A stretch of 64,000 nucleotides of DNA from Camelus dromedarius (Eukaryota): NCBI RefSeq assembly GCF_036321535.1, contig NC_087445.1:36208001-36272000 (forward strand), read 5' to 3'. Positions 1 through 12,452 of the stretch are shown here, piece by piece. A model generated the notes under the pieces. It had not been told where the DNA came from. It did not search any database and saw only the letters and a list, made by a program, of their open reading frames with translations. Position numbers and translations under genes: made by a program. The stretch's first letter is position 1. Every line of letters starts with the position of its first letter.

Positions 1-176
1 CCCTAAGGCCACATCATACCAGAGCTCCCCAGCCCTTGGGACATTGAGACCACACCCTTATTTGACTGCTTCTCCCCTCCCTTCCCAGTCTCCTCTGGGA
101 GCATCTCCTTAACAAAGCAGGGCCTGCACATATCAACCCTTTTCTCAGTGTCTGCTCTGGGGAGCCCAATCTAAGC
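1..176 (+). mobile_element. 3' end of an ERVL LTR (LTR16-like)
   Basis: ctcagtgtctgctctggggagcccaatctaag resembles the recalled ERVL LTR terminus CTCAGGGTCTGCTTCTGGGGGAACCCAAACTAAGACA. Confidence 0.5.
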
Positions 177-2005
177 CCTCTACAAACCCTGCCAATGAAT
201 ACAGACCTCTGGACATGTTTGGTGTCACAGCCCTAATATGAATGGACAATCCATGATGAAGACATTCCCTGAAGACCTCTGGCATGGAAGGGAACCAGTC
301 AAATAAGTCATGAGATGTAAACAAGCCCAGTGCAAATTCCCCAAGTGAAAGAAAGGAGGAGGAGGGGGTGGTAAGAAAGGAAAAAAATTAAACTCAGGAA
401 AAGAAGAAAAGGTAAGAGTCACTGTGCAGATAACATAATGAACAAAGCCTTAATCATCCACCTTCATAAGCACAGTCTCTTTACTTCATCAAGGGGAGCC
501 TCATTCCAGACAAGAAACTGCAGACAGATGGATAATTACCTCCCCCCAACTTGCAGTTCTCAGGTAAGCCTGTCCCCCCTACTCCGCCCCCTCTGCCTCC
601 ATCCACTGAGAGTAACTTTGTAAACAGTCTTTGCACCTCCAGTAAATGGTATGTTGTGTCTCACTGGGAGCAGCTCAGACATAACAGGGAACAAAATCCT
701 GAGTCCCTCAGCCTCCATTCTTTCCCAAGCAGGCTTCAAAAACCTCACAGGATTCAAATGTAACATGCACTTTTAACACTGGCTTAACATTCTGTCTTCA
801 AGGCTAGACAGCATCTACCAGAGCAGTAACAATTTATGCCAAGTCGAAAGCACACTTTATAGTTTCTTCCACACCAAGCCGTGGGTCTTTTCTCCAGGTT
901 AACATATTCTGGCAGACTAAAACAGATAAGTGCTTTTGTGAAACCTGACCTAACTGTTCTTTTCCTTAACAAATTTGAGTAAGGGGTATATATTAATTCA
1001 GGATTTTAGTTCCAATTCTCTAGCATATTCCTTTCTTCCCACCCTTTAAATATACACACAAGCACACACACATATGTAATTTCTTTATGATAGAAAACAG
1101 TAACATCCTCATCATAGACGATTTGGAAAAATAGCACACATGTACACACTGCTGTAATTCCACCATCCAGTTTCTGTCCGCCTCATTTTGAGAGAAAATT
1201 CTAGATCTGTATATTTCTTAATACTTCTGCTCCCAAGCATATACACCTATGAAGTAAAACAGGAGTTGTGTTCAAGGTTTTGCTCTTAAGAGATGTGACT
1301 TGTTGATAAGATAGAGCAAATACACATGTAAAGATGAAGTGCATTCTATCATTCTATATTCATAGCCAAATGCAGAGTTCTGGCCCCTGAGTCAAGTTTT
1401 TGGGAAAGCACAGTTAAAAAAAGGCTGCTGGCAGCTGAGGCACAAAGCACTTAGCCTCCAAGCTCCTACAGTGACAGAAAGCCCCAGGGACCAAAGCTGA
1501 ATGTTTGGCCACTTCAGTTATTCTCTAATAAGCCCCTTTTATGCTGAAATGGTGGTTTTGTTTTGTCCGTTTGGATTCCCCTTCCTTCTTCCCTGACATT
1601 CTTTTCCTTTTTTGGTTAATAGCGGGGGGGGGGGGGGATGATTCTTAGAGTCCTTAAATTTAATTATGAAATGCTAACTCAATCATTCCCAAAGGCTTAC
1701 TAGACAATAGGCAGAGTTTCTTTTAAAGATGGAAAGATACATGGAAAAGCAACAGATTTCCTTATTCCCACTTATTCAACAAATACGTATTCAGCAGATA
1801 CTACATACGTGTGTACATGTGTGCAGAGTATCTATGTGCTGTTAGCCTCCTAGTGCTAAAGGAGACAAAAAAAATGTTGATGGGTGGGTGTATATTTTGG
1901 AAGAACAAGACAGGGATAGACTAAAGTGAGCATGCATTGCTGTAGTTCAAAGGGAACTGGAGATGCTCGCTAACACACGGTACAAGATGCTGTGAGCATT
2001 TACAC

Positions 2006-2325
2006 CAGGAGTCAGCAAGCTAAGTTCCACGAGACATATCTGGCCCACTGCCTGGGAGTTGGGAGTGCTTTTACATTTTTAAATGGCAGGGGGGAAAAAA
2101 TGAAGAGAGGAATCAAAATTTTGTGACAAGCGAAAGTGATACAAAATTCAAATTTCAGCACCCCTAAATAAAGTTTTATTGGAGTACAGCCCTGCTCATT
2201 GGTTTACATGTTGCCTGCAGCTGCCTTTGCAGTAGAACAGCAAAGCTGAGAAGATGCGACGGAGACTGTTCGGCCGCAGAACATATTTACTATCTGGCCC
2301 TATGCAGAAAGTTTGCCGACCGCCG
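2006..2325 (+). mobile_element. MER58B-like hAT-Charlie MITE inserted in an L2 remnant
   Basis: TIRs caggagtcagcaagc ... gtttgccgaccgccg; internal AATAAAGTTTTATTGGA and TATTTACTATCTGGCCC motifs. Confidence 0.85.
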
Positions 2326-4639
2326 GTTTAGAAGAGGGAGACATCACTTCTGCCCGAGGTCATTATGAAGGAAGTGACACACCTACCTCACTTTCCTGTA
2401 GCCCTTTATCTCTCATTTGCCCCTCTCAGCCAGCGGCCCACTGTGGGAAGAGAAGGGAAGGGCAGGTTTCATCATACCCCCTTTTATAGCTGGCCCAATC
2501 TAGAGACTTGTTCAATGTTGGCAGCACCATAGTACCTCTGTCTTGAGCCTTTCCACCCCAGGGTGCAGAGACTGAAGAAATGCTGGTGCAACAGCTACAC
2601 ACATACAGACATCCCACGTGGGACGAGGGCATCATAAACAAGGGAGCCCAGCTGGGCAGACGGGGGGGGGGCAGGGGGCTGCTGCTGGGCCCCAGGACAA
2701 GGGAGACTTGGGGACTGGGAGCTGTCGGGGCCTGCCCCTACCCCTGGACCTGCGGTGAGTCCCCCTTGCCCTGTCCTTTAGTCACCGAGAGAACGTCTGA
2801 GAGCCTCAAGTCCCACCTACAATCTAAGTCTGCTCCTGATACAGTTATGAAGAGTGAGATCTAATGAGAAGCAAGTGAGTCACCTGTGCACAGTGCTGAG
2901 CCCAGTGCCTGGCGCTCTGTAGCTATGATGTGAACCTGCTTTCATTCACTGAATGGGGAACCTATTGGGCCTTTAAAACGGAGTTGACATGTACCTACAT
3001 TAGATAACTGGAGAGCCATAAAGAGTGTAATCACACCTGAACATCAGACTAGGTTAGACGTTCATTCCACCCAACACTATGGAAACATTCTACCTGTGGA
3101 ACAAATTCTAGCCCCTTTAGGACAAAAATCTCCTAGGTATTAGCTCAGGAAAAAAAAAAAGATTCTTGTACTTTCAAGTTATTTGGAAGAGAAGTGGGTG
3201 TGAAAACTAGTTTCACATCTGGGAAGAAATATATTAGGTTGAAATTGAGAATTAAGTAACTGAACTGAACACCTAGAACTCCTGGGGCTTGGGGACAGTG
3301 ACTTGGGAAAGAGGCAGGAAAGGAGGACAGGACAGAGACTAGCCAGACTCATGAGCGATGATCAGTCTGGCGACAAGGTCGGGGGCCCAGGCACTTGACA
3401 TGGTTTACCCAGCCTAGGAAAGCTGCTAGATTTAAAAACCAATCCATTCATCTTACTCCACTTTCCATTTTCCACGCTAAAAATTACTTCTTTTGGAAAT
3501 AAAGCAGCAACTCAAAAATAAAGTTTCCCTTTAGTATTATTGTGACATCATACACCCACACCACCAAATATCCAAATATGCTAATGATGTGAAACAAATT
3601 TTACAAACTCTGATGTGAAATTGTTTCCCACAATAAGAAAATAAGCACTCTTCTGATGGTTGTGATACAACAGAACAGCATTTCTTAAACTGCATGTCAG
3701 GACCCATGAGTGCTGAAATTAGTTTAGTGGGTTGGCAACCACACAGAATAGAACAGAAAATATCCAAGTGCATTATGTATAATAAAGGACAAGTTTTGTT
3801 TCAGTGATATGTTTGTGCATGCACGTGCAGGTGTGTGTGTTTACACACACTCATCTATATTGCTAGGCTATGATGTAAACTGTATTCTCCTGAGGAATCA
3901 CGGTCAAACAAGTTTAAAGGCACTGAAATAGAGTGTGTAGGTAAGTCTAGGATGAAAATCCTAATTCATTGAAGAGCCACGTGAGGGGGTAATTGTTCTC
4001 GTTAAGTGGAATTTCTTTATATGACCAGCTCTTCCTCTGCATTTAAGATGTGCTACAATTTACAGGAAATAGGATTTATGCACATGTTGTCAAGTATACC
4101 TCTTCTTTAAAATAAAGTCAATGAATACAGAATTGATCTTGGGAATATAAAATGCATCAAGTCAGAAACGTAAATGATTATATTGTTCAGAATGACAGCT
4201 GATCACCTGCTTCATGAAACAAAATCATTGCTGTATTTTTTCCACACTAATTAATCCACCATGGAGCAGAAGAGGAGGAGGCTGGAGAGGAAACTTAGTG
4301 GGTAGTTATGGTTTTACCACCACCATACCTCAACAACCTCCTATGATCACTTTGCATGTACAAAAATAAGATGAGATTTTTAGTTCCCCCAAAATTAAAT
4401 TTCAGAGGAGAGAAAGTCACCTTGTGCTTAACTCCATATCCAGTCTCCCATATTATAAAGCATTCTCTCAATTACTCTCTTCTGAATGCCAAAAAGCAAA
4501 AAGCCTATTATCTCCAAGATAGCAGGACTAGAAGTCAAGCAATTCATTAATGCTGGATGTGATGGCAACTGATTTTAAAGGGAGAAACCATGTCAAAAAC
4601 ATTTACCTGATAAGACTGGGGATTTTATGAAAAGGAGAT

Positions 4640-5311
4640 GTACGTTTCAGAGGTTACTTGAGAACTATTTGGAGAAGGTGGCCTGAAACAATGGCAGTTA
4701 ATTCTACATAGGGATGCTTACGGAAGTCACAGGATTGAAACAGGATAGATAAGTGGATGAATGAAGGGGGCCAAGACTTTAACGTCAGTTTAAGTAACTG
4801 TTCCTTCACCACTGCTCATAGTGGATGTCCCTATACAAGTCATGCAGAAGTGCCAGGTTGTGGAGATCACTAACACACACCTACAGGAAGGAAAGAAAAA
4901 GACAACTGTTCTTATGCTATGTGAATGGGCACACAGGCCTTGGAATTAAGTCTGCAGCGGCAGCATCATATGGAAATTCAAGAAGTACTATATTTCAAGC
5001 TAGCTAGATAGAAATGAATATGCCAAAAGTAGCCTAGTGATGAAAAAGACTGAAGTCAAAGGAGCATTTGAATAAATGGTTTTGTAAAATGTGAAAGTAG
5101 AAGAATGTCACATTTTTTTAATTACTGATTTTATATAATGTGACTTAAAATATATGCAAGTACATTAATAAATAAGCAGATATTTCATACTTTATCTATA
5201 TCCCTAAAATGTGCATATTCAAGTTGCTATAAAGCCTTTTAAAAACCCGTCTTGTTGGAAAACTGGGGACTACCTCATAATCGAGGGTACCTTACACACG
5301 GGCATTTATGG
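4640..5311 (+). mobile_element. Fossil TcMar-Tc2/pogo-type (Kanga-like) DNA transposon: degraded DDE transposase C-terminus plus right end
   Basis: Frameshifted translation YLRTIWRRWP / LILHRDAYGSH / GDH*HTPTGR / VLMLCEWAHRPWN*VCSGSIIWKFKKYYISS*LDRNE. The end gaaaactggggactacctcataatcgagggtaccttacacacgggcatttatgg resembles the MER104/Kanga terminus. Confidence 0.7.
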
Positions 5312-5449
5312 TTATCTGCATCCCAGATAATTGAGGATTGTCAATAGTTGGCTTGTGAGTGAACATGAACAGCTGTTGCAATACATTAAAATTCCTGAAA
5401 TAAAATACCAGTAACTGCTATCAAACAAATGCTCATCTGTGAAAAACTC

Positions 5450-5915
5450 TCTGTGCTGCCCCTGGGCCATGTGGAACAGAGGCTGTTGCTGCACTGCCTC
5501 ATGTCCCCTCAGCCCACTTCCGAGGCCACCTGTAGCTCAGATAGACAGTTGTCCTGCACACTGCCGGCTTCCCACCTCCCGCCCGCTCTGCCTCTCTGCC
5601 TAGCTACCCAAGGGCTTTCCCTGGTGCCTCCAAAGCTTGCTCAGGCTTGTACTGGCAGCACTAAAGAGCTGGAGACTCAGTGTCCCGCGCATTAAATGGT
5701 GGATAAACATCCCAGTATCCCCACTGCTTGGTGGACAATCGTAAAGAATGGAGCCTCCACTGCCCACAATGGCAATCTGCTCATGAGCCTGCCTCTGACT
5801 GGTTTTCCTTTCTTCCCTGTCTCATTCCCTCCTCCACTCTTTCACATGTGCTTCTTGGGATCACTTCCCAAACAGACTACTTGTACCCAAGTCCTCGTCT
5901 CAGGCCCCGTGTGCA
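5450..5915 (+). mobile_element. ERVL solo LTR, LTR16-like
   Basis: ctccactgcccacaatggcaatctgctc...cttccctgtctcattccc...gggatcacttcccaaacagactacttgtacccaagtcctcgtctcagg follows the recalled LTR16 3' half. Confidence 0.7.
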
Positions 5916-6544
5916 TAAACTACTTAGCATACTGTGGTGACTCTGTGTCCTCTTTGAAAAACGGCTGTCTGCAGAAATCAAGGTGAAAGAGCCTTACCCT
6001 CATTCTTTACTCCTGAATTGCTCAGATCTTTGGCAATGTCTCACCCATTCCTTGCAATGAGTATTTGATGATCCCTTATTAATGCAAAGAGTTTTTCTAG
6101 GGGTTGTAGAGTATGCCCAGATGAACAAAATATAGTTCTAGTTTCAAAGACCCTAGGCTTGAGAATGAGACATGACATACGGAAGAAGGAAAGGAACCCT
6201 ATAACTAAAGAGGATTCAGGCGGCAGAAGAGTGATGTGGCACTTCCAAGGAGGGCCTACTTCCAGCTCACTAGTTTTCATCACTACTCAGAGCCACTCTT
6301 CAAGTCTTTTAATTTCAATGTTTGATTGAGGACATGTATCTTTTTATAAACCCAGCATGACTCACCCATAGGTCAGCCGAAATGTGGTACATGGTGATGC
6401 AGCCTTATGGGCGACTGATTCAGTACTGAGAGGCAAAGCATCGCATTGCAGGGTCCCTAGGTGACCATGCCATCGATGTGTGATACGACGACTCGGCCAG
6501 GTGGAGCAAGGAAACCAGGGAGGCTTCCTTGGTCATGCGAAGCA

Positions 6545-6918
6545 CATGCCCACCTCAGGCTCTCTGCTCCTGACATTCTCTGCCTAGAAGGTGCTTCCCT
6601 TAAATATCTGCATGGCTCATTCTTTCACCTCTTTAAGCTCTCTCTGCTCAAGGCCTTCCCTGAACACCCTACACAAAATAACAGCAACCTCCATTACCCC
6701 AGTGACATGACCACACTGTTCCTTCCTTGCTTTCTTCTTCATAGTGCTCAGCACCACCTGACATATTGTATATTTGTTTATTTATTCTTTTAATCTCCTC
6801 CCACTAAAAGGTCAGTAGTAGTAGGGACATTTCCCCGCTGCTGTATCCCTCGCACCAAGAACGGTGAATGGCAGAGAAAAGGTCCTCAGAGAACATTTGT
6901 TGAAGAAATGAATAAATG
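6545..6918 (+). mobile_element. L2 LINE 3' end
   Basis: Typical L2 3' motifs ending acatttgttgaagaaatgaataaatga. Confidence 0.75.
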
Positions 6919-7065
6919 ACTTCATCATTAGAACCCCCAAATCATTAGAACCCCCACAGGTGAGTTTCTGTAAGCTCGTATGGAGTCATGACATGACCCT
7001 GTAACTCAAGGGTCTAAAGGGTACAAAATTATTTTGTGAAAAAACTTTTCTAAAGCTTCAGTGTA

Positions 7066-7148
7066 GGGGGAGGTTATAGCTCAGTGGCAGAGTGTGTGCC
7101 TACCATGCACAAGGTCCTGGGTTCAACCCCCAGGACCCCCATTATAAG

Positions 7149-7183
<35 letters not shown>

Positions 7184-7230
7184 CCTAATTACCCCCCCAA
7201 AATAAAACAATAAATAAAATAAATTAAAAA
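7066..7230 (+). mobile_element. tRNA-Ala-derived SINE of camelid type (Vic-1-like), full length
   Basis: GGGGGAGGTTATAGCTCAGTGG (A box) ... GGTTCAACCC (B box), AT-rich tail with CCTAATTACCCCCCC, and a 14-bp TSD aaagcttcagtgta (7052-7065) / aaagcttcaatgta (7231-7244). Confidence 0.9.
7149..7183 (+). repeat. (TAAA)8 tetranucleotide STR inside the SINE tail
   Basis: Read directly. Confidence 0.95.
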
Positions 7231-7899
7231 AAAGCTTCAATGTATGTAGCAGGTATGAATAAATAAAAGTTTTAATTCTATCATAAAGTTGAATAGGCCA
7301 TGTAATACAACTCATTCAATGTCCTTGGTGTAAATAGGAAAAAAATTCTGAAATTTTAGGTCTTAGATACTGCACTTACTTTACTAAAAAAAAATTTTAA
7401 TTTATTCATGTATTCATGAGATGAATATTTATTGAGTGCTTCTGATGGGTACGGTGTTGATTCTTTTGCCACGTCCTGCCGTTACAGATGGGAAAGGCTC
7501 ATCTTTTCTAAAGATGTTCTTTCCCATTATTTTATCATGTTTTATTTATTGAAGCCAGCAATCCCTTAGAGAGAATAGTCACGGGAAACACTTCAGATGG
7601 AATCTTTTATTTAGCTAATTTTAAAAGTAAATACTTTTCTCTTTTCATTGAGTTTAAGGGAAGGAGGAACCACTGTATTTAACAACATTTAATGCTCACT
7701 ATTACAAAACTTACACAAGTAGTTGTCAAGCTCTAATTATATAAGCTAACTGGTTCCAGCACAACTTCATGCTCTCCAAACACAGGAGACCCTCACAGCT
7801 GGGTGAGGATCTTTTATTCACCCCTAATTGACTGACTGCTACATTTCCACAGCACACAGTCCAAGTCGTCAGTGTTCTACTCATGACCTCAACCTGCCC

Positions 7900-9615
7900 A
7901 CCTCTCTTTGACTTTACTTAGAAGACTGTGGCCAAACTCCTTTCTTTCTACCTCAAAGTGCCCATGCTTCTGCCTCCAAGGAGTCCTTCCTTTGCGTTCA
8001 TGCAGTATACTCCCATCTTCTTGAAGATCCATCCCATCAGTTTGGCCTCTCCCTTACACTTTCAATCTCTCTTCCCTTTAATGGATTCTTTTCCACTTAT
8101 AAAGTTGGCTCAGGTCTTCCTATACTAAAGCATTACTTTCCCTGCACTTTGCCCTACCTTTGATGTATCAAACTCTCTCTCCCTCCTCACCACCCCACTT
8201 CATTAAAAAGGAAGTCTGTCCTCACTGCTTTCATATGCGTCACCCCCTACTCTCCAAGCCCTCACAGCCTGGCTGCCATCTCCACCCACCTCAGAGAAAG
8301 TCAAAGAAAGCCAGGAGTCAAATCCAATGGCTCTTCCTTCACTGCCCCTTCTCCACCTTGGAGTGTGCTGTATGAATGACAGGGGCTCCCTCACCTTTCC
8401 CAGCTCCCATGACACCAAACTACTGCCACGACATTTCTACAACTGCCCCTTGTTCAGATCCTCTTTTTTCTCTTTTCCCCTCCAATGCAAAGACTACCTC
8501 CCAAGGATCCTACCCTTATCCTTTGCCTCTTTGTGCTCCATTTTCTTTACTGGCCATCTCTGAGACATGAAAATTGCTCTTAAGTAGATGACTTACAAAT
8601 CTCTCTTCATAGCTCTAACCTTTCTCGAAGACCTACATCGGTATTGTAGTTTGTTCATTTGGACAAAACTCTCATGCCTAAAAATGAAACTTCTTTTTCC
8701 CCCTCTTCCTCATTCTCTCCTCAAGCTCCTTCCTGACAATGACATAATCATTCTGTTGGCTGAGCCTGACGATGACCTTTGACTTCCCTGCTCCGTGTTC
8801 AGATTATTCCTGTATCCTTTCTCTTGAGTCCGCCCTCTCCTCTTCACTCCCACTGCCTCATTTCCTCTTACCCCTAGTATGACAATAAAGTCTAACTGGT
8901 CTCCCTACTGCCAGTCTCTCCTCACTGCATTACATCCAACACAATGCTACAAGATTATAACCCTTTCCAAAGCACAGTTCTGGTCCTGTCAACCCTCCTC
9001 CTCAGAAACCTTCCAAGGCTCCCTGGTAGTTACTAAATAAAATCCCTACAAAAGTTGCCCCACAACCGTGAATGACCCTATCTTTCTTACCTTCTTTCTC
9101 TTTACATCTCTGGGCATCTCCTGCACTCCAGCCAAAGTATACCATTCATTTTCCCCTCCTAGCTTTATTGAGAAATAATGGACACAAACACACCATTCCG
9201 TTCCCTGTATGGACACACACTTCCCACCACCAGGCTTTTGCTATGCTGTTTCCCCCTCAAATATACCCTTCCTCCCCTGGCAGCCGAAATTCCACCTATG
9301 CACATCTTAGCTCAAAGGCTCCCTATTCCATAGACTCTTTCTTGATTCTTCCTTTTGAAGTCATTGCTGTATCCTGTGAACTCCTACAGCTCTGCAAGCA
9401 TATTGCTTTTCCAGCACTTAACCATTTTCCACCACTCTTCAGTTAGTTACATGCATGCCCTGTCTCTCCCTCCAAGCCATGAACTTCCTCTGGGCAGGAT
9501 CTATGTCTCCTTAGTCTTCAAATCTCCAGCCCTCATAACATTTCCCAAACCCTATCCAAAGGCATACAGGGTCTAAGATGTAGTAGACAACTAACAAATA
9601 TTCGTAAACTAATGA
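7900..9615 (+). mobile_element. Long degraded L2 LINE
   Basis: CT-rich L2 body with terminal tagtagacaactaacaaatattcgtaaactaatga. Accounts for the hydrophobic spurious ORFs at 7.9-9.6 kb. Confidence 0.65.
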
Positions 9616-12014
9616 TTGCAACCCAAAGGGTTAACTTTGAATTTTACTGCTTGAAATGCTCTCAGCTTTAACAGTTACTCTTCCCATCTTGTAGGATAGA
9701 AGTCCCACCTCCCCATGATACTGCTATTTATTTATTTTGGCCCCATGGGTCATTTTTCAAATGTCTTTTATTCCCAAGTCTTCCAAAAAACAAATTAAGA
9801 GACCAATAATGGGAAAGAAAAGAATTAATACTCCTTTAAGTGAAGAAAATGCATCCATGTAAAACAATGGCTTGTTACAGGTACAAGGTACAAACTGAAT
9901 TACAGGATTCAAATTGTATCATTAACCTTAACAGTCCAATCTTTAGAAAGTTAGGTATTGCATTTTAAAAATTATCACAGTTATACTGGAAAGGAAATCA
10001 TTCATTCCTGAGTCATCAATTGCGCTACTGAACAATTATTCTTTTTCTAAACAGTTTATTTACCTTGGTAATTTCTAATATTCTTAAACTTTCTTGCAAG
10101 ACATTTACATCTCTGGATTTTACTTGCAAATACAAAGATGACAACTTTTTTTTTAAAAGCCAAAACCTCTTAGAATGCCTTTTACATTCCAAAATACTTT
10201 TCTCAGAAAGAAATTGGCAGAATTAAAAGAGTAAGGAAATAAGATTCAAAATTCATTTTTATAAATCTATCCTTAAATCTTGGATGCAATCCAACAACCT
10301 CACATTAAAATTTTAGAAGGCTTGACTTGAAGGACATGGGGAAATTTAATGTTCACAGCTTCAAGGGAAACTGGTCTACAGATCACCATTAATTAAGAGA
10401 AGATAAATGGTAAGAAAAAAAACATATATGTGGACAATTCTAACTCTATTATTTTCAATGCAACCTCTGCCAAAACAAAACAAAAATTTTTAAAAGAGAA
10501 AGAAACCTCTAATGCCAGCGTGTTGTATACTTACTTGTGTAGCTATGATTGCTACTGGCTTTTCAAGAGGACCAGGGCAGCCAGTTTGGATTCTGACAGC
10601 AATGCAGTAGAATTTAAGGTGTTACGACTTTAAAACAGGTTTAAAGCAGGTTGATCTAGTCTCATAACATTTCAATAAAGACATATCAAGATATTAAGTG
10701 TAAAGGTGCCTTCATTCCTATACATACCGTAGGAAGAACACAGGAGCTGAGGAGTCAAACTGCAGTGGACACACATATGAATATGCTATCTCCCTTCCCC
10801 TCCCTCTCTCCCCAGCCCTACACAAGCCTATCTTTATCACGCAGAGACAATTAAACAGCTATAGACTCGGGATGCAGTTCTGTGTCCCAGCTCCCACTGG
10901 GTGACTTATTGCCAGCCTGACATTTTCCAGATTCTCTATGAGCAGGCTACATTGGCTTGGAAAGCAGACTCACTGATCTGGGACCCCATCACCACGGGTC
11001 TTGAGGGATTTCAGTTTCCAAACGAGACAGGGCACCACCTGGCCATTGTGAAAGCTGGAAGAGTCGATATCACCACAGGAGAAATAAAGTGTCCCTTTTC
11101 CTAAGGAAAACGCCCTGCTTGCATGACGCTGACCAAGGAGGGTACCAAACATTTCTCAGTACGATCCTTTTCTTCTTTCAAATACTGGCCCCCATCTCTT
11201 ATACACACCTCCAGAGTTCATTCTACCAGAACCAACATGAAGATCATATTCTTCAGCCATAAGATTTCCAGTGTTTAAATGTGGAAGGAGAAGGTCTGGC
11301 TGACATTCAAAGTTGTGGGGGCAGAGAGAGGGATGTGGCCGTTAAAGACCCTTCTCCTTCAGGTCAGACAAGAGATAAACAATAGAAACTGCAGAGTCAG
11401 GGCATCTAAGACCCCCGACGGAAAAGAGGCTGAGGAGAGAAGTATCACAGGATGGAAGGTCCCTTCAAAACCTGGACACCAGTAAGCCCAGAAACGGTAA
11501 CCATTATCCTATTTCCCTGCCATGTGCCCAAAGCCACATGCACACTTCCACATCCCCATGTCAAGAGACATGTGAAAAAAGGGGGAAGTGAGAGAAAGTG
11601 AGAATCCCTACACCCAGCCATCCACAGGCAGAAGCAGAACAGAGGCTGAACTCAGAGTTGCAGGGTAGGAATAACGAACACTGTCCCACAGTCAGCGGGT
11701 GACAGCAAGTCAGGGCACCAGCAGATCTCTGGGTCTGGAGAGCAGTTTGGGGAGAGTGGATACAATCACACCAGCACACACACACATACACAGATTCACA
11801 CACATGGGATTTTACAAATCCGTACCCACCCCACTGCCTCCCTCCACACTCACACACCAAGTGCATCCTGCACACTTGATCCTTACCATCAACACACTCT
11901 TTCTCCCGGAGAGGCAGCCGAGAGAGCTGAGGGATCCTAGCGGGGATTCCTGGAAATGTCATCCCCCAACACCTTCGGTCCGCCATCCTCATCCCTTTGG
12001 CTCTACCTTTTACT

Positions 12015-12053
12015 TACACACACACACACGCACGCACGCACGCACACACACAC
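12015..12053. repeat. Compound (CA)n/(CACG)n microsatellite
   Basis: 39 nt of perfect pyrimidine/purine alternation. Confidence 0.95.
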
Positions 12054-12452
12054 TCACTCACTCCTGCCATGACTATCAGGCCCGCCGTTGCCCTCAAAGC
12101 ACCGCATCTCAGCGCGCACCGGACACCAGTCGTCCCTATCCTCAACGGCCCCTTCCCCCGCCCCGTTAGCTTGATGGCTAAAGGCACTTCCCCCTGTATG
12201 TCGCCGGCTGTCCCCTCTCATCCGCACTATTGTTCCTTGCAGCCCCTCTCGCGCCCGAGGGCGCCCTTCGGCGAAGACCGGGGCTCCGTCGAAGGCAGCA
12301 TCAGCGCCGGGGACCCCCCTCCATTCACCCACCCCTCCCTGGCGGTGGTACCTTGCTTGACAGCTGGGTCCGCGGGCCCGCGGGAGCAGGCAACGCTAAT
12401 GACAACGTTGGTGCCAAGCCTGGGAATAAAGCTCCACTCCAGACGCTCCTAC

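Noticed and set aside
6747-6764. REST/RE1-like CTCAGCACCACCTGACA near a neuronal gene
   Set aside because: The right half-site GGACAG is absent, and the sequence is part of an L2 3' end.
7066-7140. tRNA-Ala-like gene
   Set aside because: Stem and anticodon mismatches, an A-rich tail and a TSD identify it as a SINE head, not a functional tRNA.
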